NCBI GenBank assembly: GCA_018669005.1
Contig: JABJAL010000020.1
Location: forward strand, 3,117 to 67,116
Direction: 5' to 3'
From: Nitrospinaceae bacterium
GTDB lineage: Bacteria > UBA8248
DNA length: 64,000 bases
In this document: in pieces, positions 1 through 10,011 of the stretch
Numbering within the stretch: position 1 is the stretch's first letter
Layout: every line of letters starts with the position of its first letter
Made by a program: the position numbers and the translations under genes
Notes under the pieces: generated by a model
Database searches by the model: none
What the model saw: the letters and a program-made list of their open reading frames with translations, nothing else
What the model was told of the DNA's origin: nothing

Positions 1-12
1 TAAAAAAAAACG

Positions 13-1668
13 CTATCGCGGTATCACCATCACATCGAGACTGGAGGCATCCCGGCCCTCAAGGACGGTGTTCTCCGCCCGAATAAGCAGGGTGTCATGA
101 AAGTTCCTTCTTTCGGCCGCCGAGGCGCAACTTGAAATCTCAAGCCGCAGCCTGTGGCCCGGCTGAAATACATTGCAGGTAGGAACGAGGCCGATCTCGA
201 ATACTTCCTCGGCTCCCGGTGTAAGGGACTTGGGGTTCGTGTGCGGGTGAAAGGGTCGACCCGGTTTTGAGCGCTCCGCGTCCAGCGCCCGGTGGGAGGC
301 GCGAAGCCAGCCGCTCGTTAAAATTCGAAAATCCCCATCCGGCCCCTCGTCTGCAAACGAGACGAGCCAATCGGTGTCCTCAGCAGAGGAGCGGGCCACA
401 AGCCGGAGCGAGAGCGGACCCGTGATTTCAAGCGGGGCGTCCACGGGCCCCGAGCGATAAACCAACCGAGGTTTGCCATATCGCCAGCCCTCGCCCAGGG
501 GATCGTTTACATAGCTTCGCTCTCCGCCGCCATCAGGAGACTCGGACAGCGTGCCCTCAAGTCCGCCCGCCGGGCCGCCAAGATGGAATCTGCGCCACTG
601 CCCCCGCGCGATGGGCCAGGTATCCTCGCCCCGCCAGCGCTCCTCGCCCTGAATGTAGAGCTGAATGGGCGGGCCCTCCATCACCCCGGTGTCCATGCCT
701 TTGAGCCATTGATCGTACCAGCGCAGTGCCTCCTCGTGGTAGGCGCTGAACGGTCGCCAGGGCCGGGGCCGGGGGCCGACAAGCATCTTCTTGGGGATGT
801 CCCCCACTCCCTCCCAGCCGTCGAACACGCCCGGCAGGTGGAGCCACCAGAAATCCCAGTCGCAGCCGAAATAGGTAGGAATCTTGATTTTATCAAGATC
901 ATAGAAGGGCGAGCGCGTCTTGTAGTAATCGCTGTCCAGCGGGCGCTCGAAACATATGCCCTCGCGGATCATCTTGTTGATGCCCGAGGGATCGGCCACC
1001 CGCTCGCCGCCGAGGTTTAGGTTCGCCACCGAGGAGAACCAGTTCCACATGAACCCGCTATAGGGGATCCCCCCGTGATAATTTCGGTTGCGATAGAGAT
1101 CGGTGAAAGCGTCATAGGGAAAGATCGCTTTGAGCGCATCGGGCTGATGCGTGGCTGCCAGCACCTGAGATTCTGCAAAATACGAGCAGCCCATCATACC
1201 GACCGAACCGTTTGACCAGGGCTGGGCAGCCGCCCATTCAATCAGATCGACATAATCGGCCTGCTCTTTTTCTCCCTTGTCGTCATAGCTTCCCCCGGAA
1301 TCGTTGGTGCCCCGAACGTCCACGATGAGGTGAACATATCCGCGGGGAACCCAGAACTGGGTGATGCCCGCCTCGTTTTGATTGAGCAGCACGTCGGTGA
1401 GCTGAAGCCCTCTCGTGTAGGGCGAGAGCGAAAGCAGAACGGGGAATTTTTGCCCCGAGCTGCGGGGGCGGTAAACGTCCGCCGCAAGATGAACGCCGTC
1501 GCGCATCGGAATGAGCAGGTCCATATCCGAGGTGATGGCATGGCGGGGCTCTGAGCGCTCTCTAACCTTGGGCGGCTCATCATAGGGCCATTGCGGCCAC
1601 GCGGCGGGATGTACCGTGCGGATACGATCAGGATCAACATCGGGCTCAATATTTCGGCTCATCGGCAC
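13..1668 (-). CDS. CocE/NonD family alpha/beta hydrolase (peptidase S15-like)
   Basis: IPMRDGVHLAADVYRP start, DVRGTNDSGG, nucleophile elbow GCSY, C-terminal FQPGHRLRLEISS. Confidence 0.9.
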   Translation of the reverse strand: MPMSRNIEPDVDPDRIRTVHPAAWPQWPYDEPPKVRERSEPRHAITSDMDLLIPMRDGVHLAADVYRPRSSGQKFPVLLSLSPYTRGLQLTDVLLNQNEAGITQFWVPRGYVHLIVDVRGTNDSGGSYDDKGEKEQADYVDLIEWAAAQPWSNGSVGMMGCSYFAESQVLAATHQPDALKAIFPYDAFTDLYRNRNYHGGIPYSGFMWNWFSSVANLNLGGERVADPSGINKMIREGICFERPLDSDYYKTRSPFYDLDKIKIPTYFGCDWDFWWLHLPGVFDGWEGVGDIPKKMLVGPRPRPWRPFSAYHEEALRWYDQWLKGMDTGVMEGPPIQLYIQGEERWRGEDTWPIARGQWRRFHLGGPAGGLEGTLSESPDGGGERSYVNDPLGEGWRYGKPRLVYRSGPVDAPLEITGPLSLRLVARSSAEDTDWLVSFADEGPDGDFRILTSGWLRASHRALDAERSKPGRPFHPHTNPKSLTPGAEEVFEIGLVPTCNVFQPGHRLRLEISSCASAAERRNFHDTLLIRAENTVLEGRDASSLDVMVIPR

Positions 1669-1707
1669 AGACCTCCCATTTGCCTAAATAAATCAGCATG
1701 CACCCTG

Positions 1708-2022
1708 CTAATTCATCTCCATCATTTGAGAAACACGCATTGTCCCGCCATTTTCCAAAAACGGATCTGATTTAGCTATTTCAATGGCAGCTTCAATGCT
1801 TTCTGCCTTAACAACCGCAAATCCTTTCATCGAATTTGGATCGTTATCATCTTCAACACTCCTTGATGTTACAATTTTTGAAACTGGCAGCGGTGTACCT
1901 GGATTAACGATAGTTTCACCAAGACCTGCTACCCATGCTTTCCATTTTTCCATTTGGGCCATGCCCTCTTCTTGTGAGCTTGGCTGGCTTCCTCCGTGAT
2001 AAGCAATCATGAAATTTGGCAT
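1708..2022 (-). CDS. YCII-related domain protein
   Basis: 104 aa; WKAWV...NPGTPL...GFAVVKAESIEAAIEIAK pattern; GGAGGA RBS. Confidence 0.7.
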   Translation of the reverse strand: MPNFMIAYHGGSQPSSQEEGMAQMEKWKAWVAGLGETIVNPGTPLPVSKIVTSRSVEDDNDPNSMKGFAVVKAESIEAAIEIAKSDPFLENGGTMRVSQMMEMN

Positions 2023-2071
2023 CTTTCCTCCATTTTTTTAACATGGTTAATCCGGCGCTTAATTCGCCGTC

Positions 2072-3088
2072 CTACTCCCCCTCCCGGACCTTGGGCAGCA
2101 CGTCCTCGGCCAGAATATGCATCGTGTCGAGCACCAGGCTCTGCGGCATGCCCGGCCACTGAATGCTCATGATGAGATGATTCACGCCAAGCCCTTTAGA
2201 CAGCGACAAAATCTGCTCGGCCACCTCGTCCGGCGAGCCCAGCACGAAGCGGTCGCGGAGAAGCTCGTCGAATTCGAGACCGAGATTGTTGTCCCCCTCG
2301 GGCATAGCCTTGTCCTGGCCCCATTGGTGATAGGACTTGTATTTGATTTCGAGATAGGGCCGACAGATGCGAATGGCCTCCTCGCGCGAGGCAGCGACGA
2401 ATACCTCCCGGCGCATGGGAAGCTCCTCGGGAAACGGCTTGCCGAGTTCATCGAGCGCCTGCTTGTAGACGTCCATCTGCCGGAAGGTCGTGTCGAGACG
2501 ATTGTGCGGGTTGATGTACCAGCAGTCACCCAATTGGGCGGCGCGGCGAATGCCTGGGTCGCTGTTCGCACCAATCCATATCGGAGGGTGGGGCTTTTGA
2601 TGCGGCTTCAATGGGCACGAGGCCTCTAGCAACTCGAAATGAGACGCCTTCATCGATACTTTTTCCTCGGTCCAGAGCCGCTTGATGGCCTCTAAATTTT
2701 CGATAAAGCGCTGGACACGCTCGCCCTGCGTGCTCCCGAAGGCCCGGAACTCGACCTCGCGGTAGCCAAGGCCCGCCCCGAAAATAACCCTTCCTCCCGA
2801 CATCACATCCATCGAGGCGAGTTGTTCAGCCAAGTCGAGTGGCTTGTGGAGCGAGAGAAGGACGATCCCCGCGTTGAGGCGCACATTTGGTGCCTCGGCA
2901 GAAACACGGGTCAGAAAGGGGAGTTGCTGGAAATCCTGAAGCGGGTAGGCGCTGTAGTGCGAGCCCTTGGTGATTGAGGCATAACCCAATTTATCGGCAA
3001 CGCGCGCCTGCTCCATCAACTCCATAAAGCGCGCGCCCATGTCTTCACCCTGCTCGAACTGGCCGCGCAACATGAGACCAAATTCCAT
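2072..3088 (-). CDS. LLM class flavin-dependent oxidoreductase (luciferase-like)
   Basis: MEFGL start after GGAGG RBS; LAEQLASMDVMSGGR, GAGLGYR, PHQKPHPPIWIG, GSPDEV. Confidence 0.9.
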   Translation of the reverse strand: MEFGLMLRGQFEQGEDMGARFMELMEQARVADKLGYASITKGSHYSAYPLQDFQQLPFLTRVSAEAPNVRLNAGIVLLSLHKPLDLAEQLASMDVMSGGRVIFGAGLGYREVEFRAFGSTQGERVQRFIENLEAIKRLWTEEKVSMKASHFELLEASCPLKPHQKPHPPIWIGANSDPGIRRAAQLGDCWYINPHNRLDTTFRQMDVYKQALDELGKPFPEELPMRREVFVAASREEAIRICRPYLEIKYKSYHQWGQDKAMPEGDNNLGLEFDELLRDRFVLGSPDEVAEQILSLSKGLGVNHLIMSIQWPGMPQSLVLDTMHILAEDVLPKVREGE

Positions 3089-3324
3089 AGCCCGCCTCCC
3101 TTCGCTGGGCGGGCCCGAAGATGTCCACCCTGGGCTTCCGCCTAAAATCCGCAACCCACATGAATCATTTTGAATGTAGCCATACTACAGGAAACCTCGG
3201 CATCCGCGCCATGCGGCGAGAGGAAGCAATGAGTGCGAATTGGCGTCAATCCCGCATGCAACCAGCAATATTTTTTGTACCAGAGTCGATGCGAGAAAGG
3301 GGGTGACCAGCAGAGAAAGGGGAG

Positions 3325-5193
3325 CTATTTCACTTCGATTTTCACAACGTGGGTCGAGAAATCACTGAATATTTCACGCCAGGTAAGTTTCTTCTTTGGT
3401 TCATTTTTAGCGATAATCTTGGACATAAGATGGGCCTTGCCGAGGGCGGTAGAGGCGGCGGATATTATCGAACCAAAATACACGTGTTTCGATTTCGGGC
3501 CATTTCGCCTGTTTCGTGAAATGCCAATGAGATGGCCAAAATCATCGATAATGGGCCCCCCGCCACTCGGCCCTTCGATGGGCGCAGTGACAGTGAAGCT
3601 AGATGCCATCATGTCGAGTCCGCTAATGGATGCGATGTCACCCGAGAGGATGCTGACCTTCGTCTCCACGGGAAACCCGATGGCGTGGACCCGCATGCCG
3701 GGTCGGGCCTTGGTGTCGGGATCTATGTGAAATCCCTTTTTTTCAGGGCCAAATTTCTCAAGCATCACTATGGCAATGTTGTTTTTCTGATCGCTCGCAA
3801 CAATTTCGCCTGAGAATGATTTCCCGCTGGGATAAATAGCGCGTATGTTCTTTGCCCCTATCACGAAATTCAGATTCGTCATTATGTGCGCCGTGCCTCC
3901 GAGATAGTATCCCAAGCCAGCAAAGCGCCATCCCGCCATTGTAGAAACATGTTCCCCCGCCCCTTTTTTGAGGGTGCCTAACCCTTCAACCGACTTTTTA
4001 TGGATCCACCCAATTTCTTTGCCACTCTCGGACACCTGAAGCCAGCCCCCGGGAATTGTGCCAACCACATGAATATTCTCACCCAGAGTACTGCGTTTTA
4101 GAGCACGGCCCGATTTTTCGGGTATGTCATATATTGCCGCCTCTTCAACAACACGATAGTCCTTATCTTCTTTTCGAATTTTTCCAAAAAGGGATTTCAT
4201 TCTGTCTGCTTGAATTTTTCGCGAGATGATGCGGGATATCTCAATATGATTACGTTTTAGAGCAACGATGAGAGCCGTTTCGCCAAATACGTTTTTGCTG
4301 AACAAATTGGCACCTGCGGCGACAAGCGCCTTGACGATTTCGATGGACTCCTTTTTATTGTGGTCAAGCCAATCGGAAACGGCAACGAGTAGAGCCGTGT
4401 CTCCGTCAAATTTTTTCGCATTCACATCGGCGCCCGCCCGGATGAGGGCCAGCGTTATCTCGGCGCGCCTTTGAGCAACCGCTCGAAGGAGCGGCGTGTC
4501 TTCGTTTTCGGTTTTCGCATTCAAATCGGCCCCGGCCTCAACCTGGGCGTTTACCGCTTTAATGTTATTATTATGAATTGCCAAAAAGAGAGGTGTATTA
4601 CCGGATGCGTCCCGCGTGCCCAGGTCCGCCCCCGCCTTGATGAGCATCTGCATGATCAATTGGTTCTTGCCTGTAATTGCCCGGCTCAGGGCGGTAGCGC
4701 CGCTCTTGCCCTTTGCATTGATATCAGCCCCGCCGTCTATCAATGTTTTCGCCATTTCGACATTGCCCTCCTGGACAACGCGAATAAGAGCCGTGTGGCC
4801 CTCTTCATTTCTGATGTTTAAGTCGGCACCTGCTTTTATCAGGAGGTTGGCAATTTCGCTGTCATCGTTTCGAACCGCCCAAATCAGAGCGGTGTCCCCA
4901 AGATCGGTTTTTTGATTGAGGTCGGCATTAGCTTTGATGAGTGCTTTAACAATTGAAGCATGTTTTTTATGCGCCGCCCAGATTAAAGGGGTAAAGTTGT
5001 CCTTGTCTTTTACATTCAAATCCGCCCCGGCCTGAATAAGAATATTAACGGCCTGAAGTTTGCCCCCCTGGGCGGCATCTATCAGGACGGATCTGGCGCT
5101 TCCACCACACCCGGCGACGAGACCGCAAATGAGAAATAAGCAAACAAAAAGCACAGAGGTTCGTTGCTTGCGAAATGAAACTAATGTTCTCAT
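3325..5193 (-). CDS. Lipoprotein with ankyrin repeats, SH3-like domain and degenerate trypsin-like domain
   Basis: AAGGAG RBS before ATG 5193; lipobox LVAG-C; about 8 ankyrin repeats (G.TAL..A...GADLN); GWLQV...GWI SH3b-like segment; AIGFP and SGGGPI trypsin-like motifs. Confidence 0.8.
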   Translation of the reverse strand: MRTLVSFRKQRTSVLFVCLFLICGLVAGCGGSARSVLIDAAQGGKLQAVNILIQAGADLNVKDKDNFTPLIWAAHKKHASIVKALIKANADLNQKTDLGDTALIWAVRNDDSEIANLLIKAGADLNIRNEEGHTALIRVVQEGNVEMAKTLIDGGADINAKGKSGATALSRAITGKNQLIMQMLIKAGADLGTRDASGNTPLFLAIHNNNIKAVNAQVEAGADLNAKTENEDTPLLRAVAQRRAEITLALIRAGADVNAKKFDGDTALLVAVSDWLDHNKKESIEIVKALVAAGANLFSKNVFGETALIVALKRNHIEISRIISRKIQADRMKSLFGKIRKEDKDYRVVEEAAIYDIPEKSGRALKRSTLGENIHVVGTIPGGWLQVSESGKEIGWIHKKSVEGLGTLKKGAGEHVSTMAGWRFAGLGYYLGGTAHIMTNLNFVIGAKNIRAIYPSGKSFSGEIVASDQKNNIAIVMLEKFGPEKKGFHIDPDTKARPGMRVHAIGFPVETKVSILSGDIASISGLDMMASSFTVTAPIEGPSGGGPIIDDFGHLIGISRNRRNGPKSKHVYFGSIISAASTALGKAHLMSKIIAKNEPKKKLTWREIFSDFSTHVVKIEVK

Positions 5194-5465
5194 TTGTTCT
5201 CCTTTCATAAGAAAATAAATATATCATCGGATAAAAGAGATGCCCACTCCATCAGGATGACCTCTCGCTCTCAGGATAGGCGGGGAAAAGGCAAATCCAA
5301 ATAAATTTCAATCACCAAGACTCTGGAAATTCGAGTTTACAGGATGTAACTTTAAGAAAGGCGATCTATAATTTGCCATAGGCAGTTTTTCCGGGTGCCC
5401 TCCCCATCTGCCAAATTATTCGATATGGGCCGCCATCCTGGGGAAAAAGTAAAAAGGAGCATTTC

Positions 5466-5936
5466 GTGCATATACAAAAAATGAAATGGTGGATGATTCT
5501 ATTAGGCGCAATCATCGTCGGCAGCATCACCTTTTTGGGGAGTCCGTCAAATTCCACGGGCAATGAGATTACAGTTTACAAGAGCCCAACGTGAGGATGC
5601 TGTTCGGGGTGGGTGGGTCACCTACAATCAAAAGGCTTCAAAGTCACGACAAACAACGTTTCCAATAAACAGCTCAGAGTCCTCAAACAGGAGCTTGGGG
5701 TCCCCTCTCGACTGCAATCATGCCACACCGGGATGATCGGCAAATACATTATCGAGGGACATGTGCCGGGCGATGTCATTCTCAAATTCTTGAAGGAAAA
5801 ACCCGAGTTCGCTGGCCTTGGGGTGCCCGGCATGCCGCCCGGCTCGCCGGGGATGGGGAGCAAAGGCCGGCCCTATACCGTATTCAGTTTTGATAAAATT
5901 GGCGGTGTTAAGCCCTACCAGCAGATAAATCCCTAG
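5466..5936 (+). CDS. DUF411/CopG-type exported metal-binding protein; predicted selenoprotein (in-frame TGA 5592-5594)
   Basis: AGGAG RBS, GTG 5466 or ATG 5481, signal peptide, then VYKSPT-TGA-GCCSGWVGHL continuing in frame into ORF 5613..5936 with SCHT, EGHVP and GMPPGSPGM family motifs. Confidence 0.85.
5609..5625 (+). promoter_or_regulatory. Candidate bacterial SECIS hairpin
   Basis: GTGGGTG-GGT-CACCTAC: 7-bp stem (one G-U) with a G-initial loop 22 nt after the TGA; folded by eye. Confidence 0.55.
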
Positions 5937-5946
5937 TGACGGGCCC

Positions 5947-6642
5947 TTAGATTCCCTTGAAGCGCTTGTAGGCCACCGGAATCAGAGACAACACACCGAG
6001 CCCCACGAGGGCGGTGACAATCTCGGGCGTCATGATCCCCGAAAGAGAGAATTCGCCTCCCCCATCGAAGATGCTCCCGAGTCCCGCACCCACCGAGGCG
6101 AAGACAAAGGTGCCGGGGATGACCCCGACAAAGGTTCCGATAACATAGGTTGAGAGCCGTACCCCCAAAAAAGCGGGGACCAGGTTCACCACGAAAAACG
6201 GAAAAATCGGCACGAGCCTCAACACGAGCAGATAGCTCAGCGCGTCGCGCTGGAAACCGGCCTCCATTTTTTTCAGCCAGGGCCCCGCCTTCGCACGCAG
6301 AAAATCACCCAACACCGTTTTCGCGATGATGAAAAGAATCGTCGCCCCGACCGTCGCACCCACAACGATATAGAGCGTCCCCCAAAGGGCGCCGAAGAGA
6401 AATCCCCCGGAGATACTCATCACCAGCCCGCCGGGAATGGAAAAAGCGACGACAGCCGCGTAGAGAACCATGTACGCAACCGCCGCCGCAAAACCGTAGG
6501 CCTCGACCAGCCCGATGAGCAAAAAGCGATTCTCGCGCAACGCCCCAAAGCTCAGGTAGCGATCAAGCCCGAGCGCGAAAAAAGCGCCCAGCCCTGCCGC
6601 CAAAACCACTAGCGGCGCAAAGCGTTTTAAAAATTCCGGCAT
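5947..6642 (-). CDS. TVP38/TMEM64 (DedA/VTT) family membrane protein
   Basis: SIPGG...GGFLFG, GATVGA, LRLVPIFPFFVVN, GVIPGT. Confidence 0.9.
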   Translation of the reverse strand: MPEFLKRFAPLVVLAAGLGAFFALGLDRYLSFGALRENRFLLIGLVEAYGFAAAVAYMVLYAAVVAFSIPGGLVMSISGGFLFGALWGTLYIVVGATVGATILFIIAKTVLGDFLRAKAGPWLKKMEAGFQRDALSYLLVLRLVPIFPFFVVNLVPAFLGVRLSTYVIGTFVGVIPGTFVFASVGAGLGSIFDGGGEFSLSGIMTPEIVTALVGLGVLSLIPVAYKRFKGI

Positions 6643-6649
6643 AATTCCT

Positions 6650-7180
6650 TTATCCCCTCGCCACTTGTTCGGATACACCTGGAGCTTTAGCGACCAACTC
6701 GCCGCCGCCATCGTCTTTAGAATAAAACGCCGCTCCCGTATCTATCGCCCATACGATGACAAAAAATAACAGATGATTCCAGAGCGGATGGCCACTCGCC
6801 GGATTCAGCGGCCAGAGTTTCGCAGGAAATCCCTTGGCGGCAAGAATGCTTATGGTGATCTGAATGGCGGGCGCGGCGATAAGCGTTGTCAGCCAACCCA
6901 GAACCAGCGCCGCCGCGAGCAAAAGCGTACGATTCAAAACAAAATGGCGAGGCAATAGATAGACGGAAATAAGGGCCAACAAAAATGCATAAGACAACCC
7001 AACCCCGAGATGCACCCCCCAACCGAACACAGCAGGCGGAAGTGAATACCCACCCTGACGGACTATCTGCGCTCCGATAAAATTTGTAATTGTGGTGCCT
7101 TGAAAATTCACCTGGTAAACCCAAAAAAGAACGGCGCCCAGAACGCCCCCGGCGATTCCCGTGATCAAAATTCTTTTCAT
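6650..7180 (-). CDS. Hypothetical integral membrane protein (about 4 TM)
   Basis: GGAG RBS before ATG 7180; hydrophobic segments; GWGVHLGVG and WNHLLF intramembrane His. Confidence 0.65.
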   Translation of the reverse strand: MKRILITGIAGGVLGAVLFWVYQVNFQGTTITNFIGAQIVRQGGYSLPPAVFGWGVHLGVGLSYAFLLALISVYLLPRHFVLNRTLLLAAALVLGWLTTLIAAPAIQITISILAAKGFPAKLWPLNPASGHPLWNHLLFFVIVWAIDTGAAFYSKDDGGGELVAKAPGVSEQVARG

Positions 7181-7471
7181 GTGCAACTCTCCTCCAATAA
7201 TTGATTGCCTCGCCCTCATCGCCCATTTGCGGCGAGACATCACACCGGCGGCTATTACCATAACAAGCGTAAAGCGGATTCATTTGCATAAAATCTGCAC
7301 AAACTCCTTGAAGGTGGCACCGAAACCACCATATATCATTGAATATATATTAATTACGTCTTTATATTATTTTTTCATAAAGATGCGCAGCCAGGGGCGA
7401 AAAAGGGGGGCATGGCCTATAATCACCCCATCATTCGTTCAAACATTTTTTAAAATTTTCGGGGTCTTCAG

Positions 7472-8617
7472 ATGGTACATATCTCAAAAAACGTCCAGAG
7501 CGTTGCCGGCGGCGAGCGGGCCAAATATATGACCACGCACCGCCCACCCGACATGGTCCGCCTCGAATCGGGCACACCTAACTTCCCCACCCCGCCGCAC
7601 ATCAATGAGGCGGCCAAGCAAGCTCTCGACGACGGCTTCACCTTCTACGCCCCCGGCTACGGGGACCCCGAGTTCCTCAAATCCGTCTGCGAGAAAATGT
7701 ACGCAGAGACGGGAGCGGAATACACGCCTAAAGATGTATTCGCCACCAACGGCGCAAGCTCAGGGATTTACACCGTAATGACAGCCTTCCTCGACCCGGG
7801 GGATGAGGCCATCTTCATGGACCCGACCTTCTCGCTTTATCTTCACGTTGTTCGCCAGCTCGGGGCCAAGCCCGTCCTCGTGCCCCACAACGCCGAATAC
7901 CAGCTCGATGTCGAGGCCGTGCGCGCCGCCATAACGGATAGAACGCGCCTCGTGCTCATCTGCAACCCGAACAACCCGACCGGCGTCGTCTACAAAAGAG
8001 AAGACCTTGCCGCTCTCGTCGAGCTATGCGCCGAAAAGGATATTCTCCTTGTATCGGATGAGGCCTATGAGAAAATCCTTCAGCCGGGCTACGAGCATGT
8101 GCCCCTTCTCTCGTTCACCGAGCACAAGGAGCGCCTCATCCTCCTCAATACGCTCTCGAAAACCTACTCGATGACCGGCTGGCGGGTGGGCTACATCGTC
8201 ACGCCGCCGGAGCTCACCTCGCTTCTTTTCGGCATCCATCGCTCGATCAACGGACCAATCTGCTCATTCGGCCAGCGCGCCGGGGCCGCCGCCCTCCGGG
8301 GCTCGCAGCAGTGCGTCGCCGACATGGCCACCGAATACTTCAAGCGCGGCAGCCTCATGCACAAAATGGCGCTGGATATCCCGGGCATGATCCCCGTCAC
8401 CCCACAGGGCGGTTTTTATCTTTGGGTGCGCTATGAATTCCCCCTCACCTCAAAAGAGGTGGCCCAGCTCGTCTGGGATGCGAACGTCGCCCTGCGAAGC
8501 GGCTCGGAATTTGGCGCCACAGGCGAGAACCATCTTCGCTTCACCTACTCGGTGGACGAGTCCACTATCGAGGAAGGGATGCGCATAGTCGGCGAAGTGT
8601 TCAAACAGCTGGGCTGA
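7472..8617 (+). CDS. PLP-dependent aminotransferase class I/II
   Basis: CNPNNPTG, SDEAY, SKTYSMTGWRVG. Confidence 0.93.
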   Translation: MVHISKNVQSVAGGERAKYMTTHRPPDMVRLESGTPNFPTPPHINEAAKQALDDGFTFYAPGYGDPEFLKSVCEKMYAETGAEYTPKDVFATNGASSGIYTVMTAFLDPGDEAIFMDPTFSLYLHVVRQLGAKPVLVPHNAEYQLDVEAVRAAITDRTRLVLICNPNNPTGVVYKREDLAALVELCAEKDILLVSDEAYEKILQPGYEHVPLLSFTEHKERLILLNTLSKTYSMTGWRVGYIVTPPELTSLLFGIHRSINGPICSFGQRAGAAALRGSQQCVADMATEYFKRGSLMHKMALDIPGMIPVTPQGGFYLWVRYEFPLTSKEVAQLVWDANVALRSGSEFGATGENHLRFTYSVDESTIEEGMRIVGEVFKQLG

Positions 8618-8640
8618 CGATTAGCTTTACGGAGGAATCC

Positions 8641-10011
8641 ATGCCAAAACCGACCGCCCCATCGAGCCTCGAGAACAGTTACATCGAGGCGCTTCCCGCC
8701 TCCCAGGCGCTATTTGAACGCGCACAAAAGATATTCCCGGACGGCGTCACCCACGACAGCCGGCGAATGAAACCCTTTCCAATCTATGTCGAGCGGGCCG
8801 AGGGGGCCCTCAAGTGGGATGCCGACGGCAACCGCTACATAGATTATTGGATGGGCCACGGAGCGTTGCTGTTCGGCCAGAATCCGCCGCATGTTCGGGA
8901 CGCCGTACGCGATCAGGCCATGCGGGGCACCCACTACGGCGCCTGCCATGAAAAAGAGGTCGAGTGGGGCGAGTGGGTCTGCCGGTTGGTTCCCTGCGCC
9001 GAGCGGGTGCGCTTCACGGCCTCGGGCACCGAGGCCACCCACATGGCGCTGCGCCTCGCGCGAGCCTTCACCGGAAAATCGCGAGCCGTGAAATTCGCGG
9101 GCCACTTTCACGGCTGGCACGAGGGCCTTGAGATCGGGGTGCGCGCGCCCTACACGGCAGAGCCCGAGGCGGGCCAACTCTCAGGGGTGGTGGACGAGGT
9201 TACGGTATGTCCGCTGGACGATATCGGGGCCGTGCGCGGGGCCCTGTCGGGCAATGACGTTGCCGCTGTCATTCTAGAGCCCACGGGGCCGCATTTTGGG
9301 ACGGTGCCGGTTTCAAAAGAATACCTAGAGGCGCTTCGAGAGGAGACGACGAAAGCCGGGGCGGTTTTGATCTTCGATGAGGTGGTCACGGGCTTCCGAG
9401 TCGCCCCCGGCGGGGCGCAGGAATTTTATGGCGTCGTGCCCGACCTTTCGAGCTTTGCGAAAATTCTCGCGGGGGGACTTCCCGGCGGCTGCGTCGCAGG
9501 CCGGGCGGATATCATGCGCCACCTCGAAACAAAAGAAACACCTGAGGAGACGCACGCGACGAAAATCCCCCACCACGGCACTTTTAACGCCAATCCCCTC
9601 TCGGCCGCCGCCGGTGTGGCCATGCTCGCATCCATCGCCGATGGCTCGGCAATTCGCACCGCCAACGAGGCCGCCGCCGCCCTGCGGCGCGGGATGAACG
9701 AAATTCTCGCGCAGGAAAAAATCGCCTGGAAGGTGTACGGGGAGCACAGCGACTGGAAATTTTTCTTTGGCGCCGACGCGCCGCCCAAGGGCGGGGATGA
9801 TCAGTCCGTCGCCGATGTTCCCTGGGAAAAACTAAACGCCAAGTTCCCCGAGAAAAGCCGCACGCTCCGACAGGCCTTCATCCTTCACGGGATCGATTTT
9901 AATGGCGACCGCGCCCTCACCGGCACCGTCCACACACAGGGCATCGTCGAGGAGACGCTGGCCTGTTTTGCCGAGTCAGCGCGAATGCTGAAAAAGGAAG
10001 GTCTTGCTTAA
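8641..10011 (+). CDS. Class III aminotransferase (glutamate-1-semialdehyde aminomutase-like)
   Basis: WDADGNRYIDY, SGTEAT, FHGWH, LIFDEVVTGFR, AKILAGGLP, GTFNANP. Confidence 0.92.
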   Translation: MPKPTAPSSLENSYIEALPASQALFERAQKIFPDGVTHDSRRMKPFPIYVERAEGALKWDADGNRYIDYWMGHGALLFGQNPPHVRDAVRDQAMRGTHYGACHEKEVEWGEWVCRLVPCAERVRFTASGTEATHMALRLARAFTGKSRAVKFAGHFHGWHEGLEIGVRAPYTAEPEAGQLSGVVDEVTVCPLDDIGAVRGALSGNDVAAVILEPTGPHFGTVPVSKEYLEALREETTKAGAVLIFDEVVTGFRVAPGGAQEFYGVVPDLSSFAKILAGGLPGGCVAGRADIMRHLETKETPEETHATKIPHHGTFNANPLSAAAGVAMLASIADGSAIRTANEAAAALRRGMNEILAQEKIAWKVYGEHSDWKFFFGADAPPKGGDDQSVADVPWEKLNAKFPEKSRTLRQAFILHGIDFNGDRALTGTVHTQGIVEETLACFAESARMLKKEGLA

